A stretch of 64,000 nt of DNA, taken from contig NC_087251.1 of assembly GCF_037042905.1 (NCBI RefSeq), positions 29,266,001 to 29,330,000 on the forward strand, read 5' to 3'. The translations under genes were made by a program, and so were the position numbers. Source of the stretch: Lytechinus pictus. Taxonomy: Eukaryota. The notes beneath the pieces were generated by a model. That model did not search any database. It worked only from the letters and a program-made list of their open reading frames with translations, and was not told the DNA's origin. Shown here in pieces: positions 13,478 through 24,167 of the stretch. Each line of letters begins with the position of its first letter. The first letter of the stretch is position 1.

Positions 13478-14246
13478 AGCAAGGGCGGTTGAACCGGGGG
13501 GCAGGGGGCAAGTGCCCCCCCCATTCCCCTTAGGAAAAAAATTCCCTTTTTTCAAAATGGCAAATGCCCTTTTTCAAAATGAAATGTGCCCTTTTTCAAA
13601 ATGAAATACCCGTTTTGAAGCAAAACATAATAAAATCAAAAATCGCATCACTGAATTATTGTTTAGTATAAGGTTTTCGTCCCGTTCATGGTTACAAAAA
13701 TGCATAGAATGTCCGAGTTTACAGGTTGGAATATCATACATTTTTGGCTCCTGTTTCTCGCTCGCATCAATGATTGTTTATTAAGGTACTCATTCTGTTC
13801 CTGGTTACAAACAGTGCTTCGAATATCGCGTTAATTCTTTAGTTAGATTCACATACTTTTTTCATGATTACAAAACTGCTCGAAATGTTTACTTTTCATG
13901 TCTTATTAAATTAAATTTCCGAAAGTTTGAGTTTGATTCGCGCTCGCAACATCGCGCAAGGACATGCCTTAAGGTCCATAATTGACCGAAAAAGCGAGTT
14001 TTACAACTTCAGATTTGAAATTTTTTAAAACGCTCGCTCGCAATGAAATAAAACCTAAATCTTATCAATCAGAAATCACTTCAAAGAAAACTTTGCTCAA
14101 GTTTATTTCTTTCTACAAAACACACAACTTCTTCACACAGATGATAATCTCATGGTGAAAATATATGCTTGCACCAAAATGCCCTTTTTGGCATATAGGT
14201 GCCCTTTTTTGTCTTTGCCCCCCCCCCAACGAAAATACGTTCTGCA
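13478..14246 (+). mobile_element. Non-autonomous DNA element; second copy inverted at ~42497-43482
   Basis: Shared terminal blocks: gggcggttgaaccggggggcaggggg… and …cacagatgataatctcatggtga…gaaaatacgttc. Their reverse complements are at 42506-42632 and 43450-43482. Confidence 0.6.
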
Positions 14247-14464
14247 AGGCCCCTCAGGCCCACTGGATCCGCTTATGTAATAAATGTCTTTTTCTCTCTT
14301 ATCAGGGCCGCGGAAACGGGGGGGGGGGCTGGGTGGGCTTCAGCCCCCCCCCTTTTCCAAAACTGTGTAAACAAAAAAAAAACGTTAAAATTACCATTCT
14401 GATTGTCACGGTGATTTTTTTGCAAGGTCACTTTTAATTCTAAACTGTTACGCGGCCCCCGGGC

Positions 14465-17400
14465 GCGAAATTATTTTTCCCACCGAGTTCTGGACCAACA
14501 TATGAATATTCATGACTTGCGTCTTCGGATTAAGAGTACGCATGCGCGTGGACTCTGCATTCACGTTCAGTTGCTCAGAATGAATATTAGCATCGTCAAA
14601 TTACCGGTACTCTTACATAGTTACATATGCCTTATATATATCCAATTCTTAAACACTTTTCAAACTAGCTGCCATTAATGGCAAGACATGTGCTAGGCTA
14701 GGGCTCGCTTAGGCTAGCGCATTAACTTTACCTCAAATCTGGACCTGTCTAATGCCTATGTACTAATCAGTGTTGTAGTGCCTTGGCCTTGAACATTCAA
14801 GCCTTGGCCTTGGCCTTGAGGATTTTGAGCCTTGAAATTTCAAGGCATTTTCAAGGCATTTTGTATTATGTACTTTCATTTGTTTTATAAGTAATTATAA
14901 ATGTTTCAGTTTTTTTTAAAATATTTAATGACACTATAATGGTCAATACTACCAGTCACCAGTAACATTAGCAGCAGCAGCAGTAGTAAGTGTACTAGCA
15001 GTGTCATCGATTGTAATTGTCACCATTATCAAGAATTTTCAAACAAAGAATACATCAGTTATGAAAATTAGCATTATGTATTGGTAATGTGTTGTAATCA
15101 TGACTAATGATGATAATGACAGTAAATAATAATGATCAAGATCAAGATAATAGTGCTTTGATGACAAGAATAAATTTGACATCTGACTGCAATTTTGACA
15201 AAAATGTTCGTACTTTAAACATAGCTAACTCTAAAGCACGATAACAAGGTTGATTTCTATTCCATTAGGATTTTCCTTGTATTATTTTCTTTGGCCAACA
15301 AGAATGTTTTAAGTCTTCATGATATTCTGAAAAGATTTGGTAAGCTTGAACACAGTCTTCAATTTTGTCATATCCAAATGGGTTATGTCAATGGCATGAT
15401 GAGCCAGAAACTTTGAGGGGCCAAGCATGGCATATAGAGCAACATTTCTGTCCAAAAAAAAGAAGAAAGCGATTGAAGCGAGCGAGTGAACAAAATTTGT
15501 CCCCCTCTTTCTATAGGAAAAGCTAATTTTGCGATAGATTGTTTAAAAAATAATATCACATTTACTCCATCTTTTCCTTTCCCTTCCCCCCTTATCTAAG
15601 TGTATTCTTGGTGGTAGAACTTCTTCTTCTCTCTATCTCTTTTCTAAATTGTATATTTGTTTTGGGTCAGATTGACAAAACAAAGGGGGAAAATGTTTAC
15701 TTCTTTTTAATCATATATCGTTCAACAGTGAATTTCATTTCTCTACAGTTTCAAGGAAATAAACAACGTATTTGTTTTTGTGTCAATATGGTTTCAAGAA
15801 ATAATGATTAATAAAAAAATAGTAATTGAATAATTAATTATTATTAATATTATCAACAAGTATTAATGATGGCAAGACATGTCCTAGGCCGCATACATTC
15901 GTAATTCCGAAGCTTCGTTATTCCGAAGGTTCGGATATTCCGAAGGTTCGTTATTCCGAAGGTTCGTATTTCCGAAGGTTCGTAATTCCGAAGGTTCGTT
16001 AGTCCGAAAAAGAAATGAGGTTCGTAATTCCGAAGGTTCCTTAGTCCGAAAACGAAGTGAGGTTCGTAATTCCGAAGGTTCGTTAATCCGAAAACGAAAT
16101 GAGATTCGTAATTCCGAAGGTTTGTTAGTCCGAAAACGAAATGATTAACGAACCTTATTTCGTTTTCGGATTAACGAACCTTCGGAACAACGAACCTTAT
16201 TTCGTTTTTGGATTAACGAACCTTCGGTACATCGAACCTTATTTCGTTTTCGGATTATCGAACCTTCGGAATAACGAACCTTCGGAATAACGCCACAAAT
16301 GTTCGGATTAATAAAGGCAATTTTCGTGTTTCGAAATTACGAACCTTCGGAATAAAGAACCTTCGGAATTACGAACCTTCGGAATTACGAAGTGTAACCG
16401 TGCTAGGCTAGGGCTAGCTTAGGCTAACGCATTAACTTTACCTCAAATCTGGACCTGTCTAATGCCTAATACTAATAGTAATAGCCGACTAATGCCATGG
16501 TTTAAAACTTCGAACCAAATTCCGAACTTTACGTTTGATTTTATTTAACATGGTTTAATATTTCTAGTCCGTATACAGAACCAGTCCTAGATCTAAAAAA
16601 TATCTTAGTTCTAGTCTAGTCTCTAGATCTAGACTCTGATCTACGCTGTATCAGCATGGAACAACTAGTGTACCAAGGGGGGGGGGGCGCAGACTGCCCC
16701 CTGACAATTTACAACTGATCCAGGGGACGTGCCCTCCCCCCTTTGAGAAGCCAAATCAATAATTTGTAATGTCAAAATGCAACAGAAAAAGACTTATGTC
16801 CCCTCTTTTGAACGTGAAGATCTTTTTTTTTTTGCTTGTCAATTATTTTTCAGCTAAGAAATCCTTAATTTGGGGGGGAAGACGGGGATCAAGATCACTG
16901 ACGTTAGTTTGTGCCTGACGTTATAATACGTTCCATGCAATGCAGTGGCGTAGCTAGGATTTTTTTTATGGGGGGGGGGGCACTGGGGGGTCCTTGCTTT
17001 TTCGGGGGGGGGGGGCCACCGGCCATTTTTTCCGGTGTGTGTGTATGTGTCACGAGGGCGGATCGGACTTTCGCCAATAGGGGACGGGGCCCGAAATTAT
17101 TTCACCTATGTTTTCCCCGATCAGTCACTTCTTAGTTTTATTCTTATAAAACAACATAAACATGAAATAATCTCATAAGCCTTATAAAAAGTGTGAGCAC
17201 AAAGCGCGAGCTCAAAAATTTGTGATATTCCAACCTGAAAACTGGACACTCTAAGCATTTTTTTTTGTGAACGGGAAGAGATCGAGTACAATAATTGATG
17301 CGAGTGCAGGAAGCCAGCCAAAAATTTGTGATATTCCAACCATTAAGCAACATTCTATACATTTTTGTTACCATGAGCAGGATTAGTACTGTACTAAACA

Positions 17401-19267
17401 ATAATTGATGCAAGCACGATTCAAAATCTGTGATTTTCGAACCTAAAATGTATTATGTTTTATTATTAAAGAAGGTATATTTCTTTTTTAAAAAGGGCAT
17501 ATTTCATTTGGAAATAAAAATCCTACAGGGATTTTTTTTTTTGGGGGGGGGGGGGGCTAGAGAGCACAAAACGCAAGTTAAAATTTTTAAATGCTTAAAC
17601 TGAAAATGAGTCATTTTTTAGGACTCTTGTCAGCTTTCTTTTTTTTTCTGCTTACAACCACTTTTAAATTTCAATTCTCATTTCTTGTATCTTCTACACT
17701 TATTTTACCTTAAAAAAACAGAATAAAGAATACTAACAAAATAAAGTTATATTCAAAAGGATATAAAGTAAACAGGGCGCACCCCATACCCTTAGTTGGG
17801 AGAGGGTAAATCTTAATTATTTCTTTAAACAGTTAATCAATCATTAATTATTAATACTTGTTGATAATATTAATAATAATTAATTATTCAATTACTTTTT
17901 TTTATTAATCATTATTTCTTGAAACCATATTGACACAAAAACAAATACGTTGTTTATTTCCTTGAAACTGTAGAGAAATGAAATTCACTGTTGAACGATA
18001 TATGATTAAAAAGAAGTAAACATTTTCCCCCTTTGTTTTGTCAATCTGACCCAAAACAAATATACAATTTAGAAAAGAGAGAAGAAGAAGTTCCACCACC
18101 AAGAACACACTTAGATAAGGGGGGAAGGGAAAGGAAAAGATGGAGTAAATGTGATATTATTTTTTAAACAATCTATCGCAAAATTAGCTTTTCCTATAGA
18201 AAGAGGGGGACAAATTTTGTTCACTCGCTTGCTTCAATCGCTTTCTTCTTTTTTTTGGACAGAAATGTTGCTCTATATGCCATGCTTGGCCCCTCAAAGT
18301 TTCTGGCTCATCATGCCATTGACATAACCCATTTGGATATGACAAAATTGAAGACTGTGTTCAAGTTTACCAAATCTTTTCAGAATATCATGAAGACTTA
18401 AAACATTCTTGTTGGCCAAAGAAAATAATACAAGGAAAATCCTAATGGAATAGAAATCAACCTTGTTATCGTGCTTTAGAGTTAGCTATGTTTAAAGTAC
18501 GAAAATTTTTGTCAAAATTGCAGTCAGATGTCAAATTTATTCTTGTCATCAAAGCACTATTATCTTGATCTTGACCATTATTATTTACTGTCATTATCAT
18601 CATTAGTCATGATTACAACACATTACCAATACATAATGCTAATTTTCATAACTGATGTATTCTTTGTTTGAAAATTCTTGATAATGGTGACAATTACAAT
18701 CGATGACACTGCTAGTACACTTACTACTGCTGCTGCTGCTAATGTTACTGGTGACTGGTAGTATTGACCATTATAGTGTCATTAAATATTTTAAAAAAAA
18801 CTGAAACATTTATAATTACTTATAAAACAAATGAAAGTACATAATACAAAATGCCTTGAAAATGCCTTGAAATTTCAAGGCTCAAAATCCTCAAGGCCAA
18901 GGCCAAGGCTTGAATGTTCAAGGCCAAGGCACTACAACACTGATTAGTACTAGGCATTAGACAGGTCCAGATTTGAGGTAAAGTTAATGCGCTAGCCTAA
19001 GCGAGCCCTAGCCTAGCACATGTCTTGCCATTAATGGCAGCTAGTTTGAAAAGTGTTTAAGAATTGGATATATATAAGGCATATGTAACTATGTAAGAGT
19101 ACCGGTAATTTGACGATGCTAATATTCATTCTGAGCAACTGAACGTGAATGCTTACGACCAGCACTGGTCGAGGCAGAGTCCACGCGCATGCGTACTCTT
19201 AATCCGAAGACGCAAGTCATGAATATTCATATGTTGGTCCAGAACTCGGTGGGAAAAATAATTTCGC
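14465..19267. mobile_element. 4.8-kb non-autonomous Mutator/foldback-like DNA transposon with ~1.4-kb TIRs and 9-bp TSD
   Basis: Arms 14465-15867 and 17850-19267 are reverse complements with only scattered SNPs and small indels. The identical 9-mer CCCCCGGGC flanks both ends (14456-14464 and 19268-19276), exactly where the inverted match stops. No transposase ORF. Confidence 0.85.
15890..16400. mobile_element. Foldback MITE built from 16-bp tandem units (ttccgaaggttcgt(t/a)a) in inverted arrays
   Basis: Left half carries the units on +, right half carries their reverse complement (taacgaaccttcggaa). Flanked by tcctaggc (15882-15889) and tgctaggc (16401-16408). The empty site is visible at 14678-14700. 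Confidence 0.85.
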
Positions 19268-19429
19268 CCCCCGGGCGCGGCCCCTGTGAATATTGTGTCT
19301 CGCTCGCTCACAAATTTTAAAATTTTAACACCCCAAAATCTACTGAGATATTGTTTGAAAATTAATTTGAAAAACACTCCAAGCAGCTTTTTCTAAAGTC
19401 TTTGTTTACAAGTACCATGGCATATTCGG

Positions 19430-19609
19430 TTGTATTCGAAAGAATACCACTGACTGGTCATCACTGGAGAAGACAAGCTCCTCGAGCGATTTGATGAAGT
19501 CCGCCCTCTAGCGATTTGAGCAGCACAAAATATCTGACAAAACAAATCGTCTTTCGCTCTTCCTGAATATTCGGCTTCTTGTCTTTCAATGAAGTTTTGA
19601 TAGATTAAG
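19430..19609 (+). promoter_or_regulatory. Putative CRIPT promoter / 5' UTR
   Basis: CpG-enriched, repeat-free stretch directly upstream of the ATG. It has a CTCF-like motif ccgccctctagcga at 19501-19514. Inference only. Confidence 0.4.
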
Positions 19610-22600
19610 ATGGTGTGCGAGAAATGTAAGTAGACATGCCGATGATTTCGCATTTTATAAATTATATCTATAGTAGTGAAGTTTCATTGTTTAAAATTGA
19701 AACTCACTTTTTTGGCCTTTTTTGTAATGTATTTTTGGTTTTGGTTTAGGGCTTAAAGTTAAACACTACACAGTTTTCAATATGTGGGCAAGTGGAGTGA
19801 TAGCGGATCCTTGACTTTGAGTTTGTTATTATTGTTGATATCAATGACTTGTAAGCTTCCTGTATTTCAAGCCTGTCTTTAAGGAGAAGTTAACCCTAAC
19901 AAAAAGTTTATTTATAAAACTAGCAGAAAAAATAATGAAAAATATTGCTGAAGGTTTGAGAAAAATCCATGTCCAAAACACGAAGTACCGTCCATAGTCG
20001 TACTCGTAGACGTAGTGGTTTTCAGCAATCCTACAAGAAGCCACCGGGAGTTACACTTACAGGCTTGCGCCTTCATCCTGTACCAGATGATGATGATGAT
20101 GATGATCAGTCTTGTAGTCGATTCACCATGGTCCGAGTCCGAGTCACCAAATTAAAATGTCATATTTTAATTTGTTTACTTTAAACCTTTTAAAATTACT
20201 TTAAAGTTTTAGTTTGACATCATACAATCAATCAAAAACAATCACTCACCCAATCAACAATTGTCAATTGATTCAAATCAACAAATACTTTATCAATTAC
20301 AATTAAAGAGAAAAAATGACAAAGTAAAGGGAAAGCTGTTGACTTTGAGGTAAATAATAATTTATGTACAGTTATGAGTTAACTCTGCGTAAGTCGAAGT
20401 CGCATAAGTCGAATAATCAGAACATCCAGGACTCGTTTGCAAATATCAGTGCCTGCAAGAAATACAACATAATGTGTCTTTGATGCCACAGGGTCTTACC
20501 CATTTCAAGATTTTACAAAAGCATGAACAATTTGTTGCTCTTCATTCAAACATCATTACATCAATAGTACCATCTTTACAAATATGTTGTGTACAAAATT
20601 TGTAGAAAATGTATTACTCTAAACAAATGATACCAAATGTTCCTACTTTATTCAATATCATGTGTTAAATATCAATGAAAAAATTTGAAAACTTCAAGAT
20701 GTAAGAATCTCAGAAACAAGGATTTTATATCTTAAAAAGAAAAAAAGAGAGAAAGAAACAGTTCAACTGAAGTGTGATTTATAGACTGCCGAGTTCGCCC
20801 TACGATACAGCCTAGTTACCCTTGCACTCGTATACACAATACATGCAGCTGCACAGTGCAATGCAATGATGTGCACAGCTTTTAGCGTTGAGGCAAATCA
20901 TGGGCAAATCAACTTTATTATCAATCGTAGGATATACATTTTCCATGAAATATTATTGGAAAAATACTTCAAAATAGTGAATAATACTGACTATTAAATT
21001 CACCAGATTAGTATTAAATCTTCCTGCCTCGAGCCGAGTCATCGAGGCCGCATGCTACGAGGACGAGTCCGAGTCACGGCATTACGAGGCCAAGGCAGAG
21101 GACTGGCAAAGCCTGCCTCGAGACCTCCAAGACTGATGATGATGACACAAATTTGAAAAAAAGTCACTGAGTCTGAAAGTTCAATACTGTAGGGAGTGTA
21201 GAAGCTAGAGATCTAGACTATTACTTAGACCTTAGTATTTGAATTTTAATGATATGATTTGTGACGTCATATGCTAGCAGCTTTACTACAGTACACATTG
21301 TATGGAAAAAATCAATGAAATGAAATATAATTTTCTCAGAAAATTGAAAATGTTTTTTACGGTATGTTCAGTAGACAATAGACAAATTATTTCACTCCCA
21401 ATTCCCGTTCCTAAAAATGAAATAAAAATAAGTGAGTCATCACAGACCATTATTTAAAAAAACTTGAAATTCATGCATTTTAATTTTTATATTACAAAAC
21501 ATATGGGACAGCTGTTCGTTTATGTCACAGATCCAAAACTTAAAATTCTAATAACTTTCTTAATCTTTCAAACCTTCACTGATATTTTTAATTATTTTTT
21601 TCTGCTATTTTTACAACAAACTTTCTTCCGGGTGAAATTCCCTTTTAAGTTTAACTTCAACTTTATTCTAAGTATAGCTCGGGTACCCCCTCCCGGCCTC
21701 CCCCAAGTACATCGAGGCCTATCACTGCACTTTTCCATTTCATAAATGTCCTAATACTGTCTGTATTGATGTGAATCATGGAAGGTATGAAAATGAATTT
21801 ACAGTCAGTAGACTCGTATCTAGATCACTCATTCAATGAACAAGGTCTAGATTTACTCGATCATTTTGGTAGGGTGCCCAATGGTATATCTGCAATTTCC
21901 CCCTTTTTTTTCACATGATATGAAACCTGGTTCAAGCAAAGAATGGGCTGAAAATATTCAAGATGTAGATCTATTAATTGTATCTTTCTTTGTTTCTGAT
22001 AATACACTAACTTAAGTAAATGTTTACCTACTTTCGTTTAACTACATGTAGTGTTCAACTTCAAGGAATCAAGTATTTTTTAAGAAAACATTGCAGAGAG
22101 AGAGAGAGAAAGGGTGCTAGATACAAAAACCAAGCCAAATTTTAATTCTAATGGTTGAAGAAAGACTTAATGGTCACTATACTTTTGTAAGGTTGGATTG
22201 TTGGATGATACACAAGTATAATTCACTTTATTGGCCCTTTAACTTTAAATGTTTCACCAAAGCCTTAGACAGGCTCTTAATAACCAAACTTGGCTTGCTT
22301 CAGAATTGTTGTAACTAGTTTTACCAAGGGCAGCTCATCATTGATGATGATCAGTCTTTTAGAATAATTGACAAAAGTGAGTGTATGATCACCTTCATCT
22401 AGGCTGCATTAATTATTTGCTTGTCAATTCCATTTTCTAACTATTTTTAGGTGAAAAGAAACTTGGGAAAGTAGTAACACCAGATCCATGGAAAAAAGGA
22501 GCAAGGAACACGACAGGCAAGTGGACTTTGTTTTGTTTTTTTCTTTTTAGCATACCAGTTTGTATGTAAAATTTTGCAGTGAAATTTTTTTGTAGTGACT

Positions 22601-24167
22601 ATCTTTCGTGATTCTACCTTCTTTTTTAATGAAGAGTATTCACTGACGATATTATATATTATGTTGTATTTCATTTTCATTATGTAAAATATCAAATATT
22701 TTCATTTTTTATGAATTCAAGGATGAATTTCCTCACTGAATTGTAACAAAATTAATTCATTGAAAATTTTACAATGTTCTGTAAGAAAGCTAATCAAGAT
22801 TTACTGTTTAACGTTATTGAAGGGAAATAAAATATTTCATAGTAAGATGTATGAGTGTCACATCATCAGCTTTCACTCCGTTTTATAATAGATGATAAAC
22901 AGGTGCTTACAACTTGTAGTACAGTATAATGATAACAACAACAACAACAGTACCAACAACAGTGATAATGATAATAAGAATAATAGTAGTAGTAGTAGTA
23001 GTAGTAATGATAATGATATTATTGTAGTTCCCTGATAGAATTGGGGAAGTGACTACGTGGCATGTATATTATGAACTTGTTTCTGCTTTTTGTTCTTTTT
23101 TATCTATTCCATATTTTTTCTTTGATTAAAACCTATTTATTTCAATAAAGTTTCTTATGATGACAAAATTTACAGGACTTAAATGTATCATAGAGTAATT
23201 ATTTTAGTAATGTAAAATGTATTGACTTACAGAGGGAGGAGGAAGGAAAGTAGGTGAAAACAAGCTTCTGACTGCCAAGAAAGCTCGCATGAATCCATAC
23301 ACCAAGGATTTTAAGAAGTGCAGGATATGTAAGCAGTCTGTTCATCAGATAGGATCCCATTACTGTCAAGCGTGTGCCTACAAAGTTGGTAAGCCATTAC
23401 TCCGATACTTGGATTACCTCTTTCCCTTTAAATGGATGAATTCACTCAATAAAAGTTTTTTTTTAATTTGCTTCTGATGGAATGAGAGGTATGTCCTCAT
23501 CGTCCTGTATATTCCTGGTGTATAATTTACAATCGACTATTCTTGAACTATCGAGAAAAGGCCACAGATAATCAAGGTTTGCAATACTCTGTGCCTGAGA
23601 GCACTCAGCAGACCGCATGGTGGTAAATTATGACAATGCCTAACGGGAGAATGCTTAATGGTATTGTACCAGTATCGTGATGTCATGGATATCTTGATGA
23701 AGAAATGACCGCTTGGCTTTTAATGCTCCACCATTCATGTCTGACCTGAATGATTGCAGTTATGATTAAAATTCATGCTGAATAATTGATTCTAGTCTTG
23801 AATCCTGGACAAAGTTACTACCTACATGTACCTTTAAGATAAGTTTTGTTCTGGCCATGAAATTGAATTATGGGGGAAAAAACTGCCTCAAGGTAATTAG
23901 ACAATGTTGGTCATATTTTTTTTGTCACAGAATATAAAGGACACTGAGAAGCAATACTTTGCACTGAACCTTCTTTACTGTAATTGTGTTCTTTTTACTT
24001 GACCTTACTTGAAAGATTGCAGTTATTGTTGTTATCTTCACTTTAATGAGAGTTTCCCTCACAAGTCTGTTTAAATATGTTTATATATTTCTCTTTGTTA
24101 AGGTATCTGTGCAATGTGTGGAAAGAAGATAATTGACACCAAGAACTACAAGCAGTCATCTGTATAG
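19610..24167 (+). CDS. CRIPT: Cysteine-rich PDZ-binding protein CRIPT, complete, 100 aa
   Basis: Exons 19610-19625, 22451-22516, 23233-23388 and 24103-24167 (303 nt). They give MVCEKCEKKLGKVVTPDPWKKGARNTTEGGGRKVGENKLLTAKKARMNPYTKDFKKCRICKQSVHQIGSHYCQACAYKVGICAMCGKKIIDTKNYKQSSV*. The CxxC pairs and C-terminal PDZ-binding motif (QSSV) are typical of CRIPT. Intron 2 has a GC donor. Confidence 0.95.
19878..21648. mobile_element. TTAA-bounded MITE in CRIPT intron 1, carrying a nested insertion
   Basis: The left end (ttaaggagaagttaaccct…tagcagaaaaaataat…gaaggtttga) mirrors the right end (tcaaaccttc…ttttttctgcta…gggtgaaattcccttttaa). Diverged. Confidence 0.5.
20107..21135. mobile_element. hAT-like non-autonomous element with short TIR cagtcttg(t/g)ag
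   Basis: Begins cagtcttgtag and ends ctccaagactg, with subterminal ccgagtc/cgagg repeats. Flanked by atgatgat on both sides, but within a (GAT)n tract, so the TSD length is ambiguous. Confidence 0.6.

Noticed and set aside
15608..18108. Paired 67-aa ORFs on opposite strands (15608-15811, 17905-18108)
   Set aside because: They are mirror copies inside the TIR arms, with non-ATG starts and AT-rich low-information sequence.
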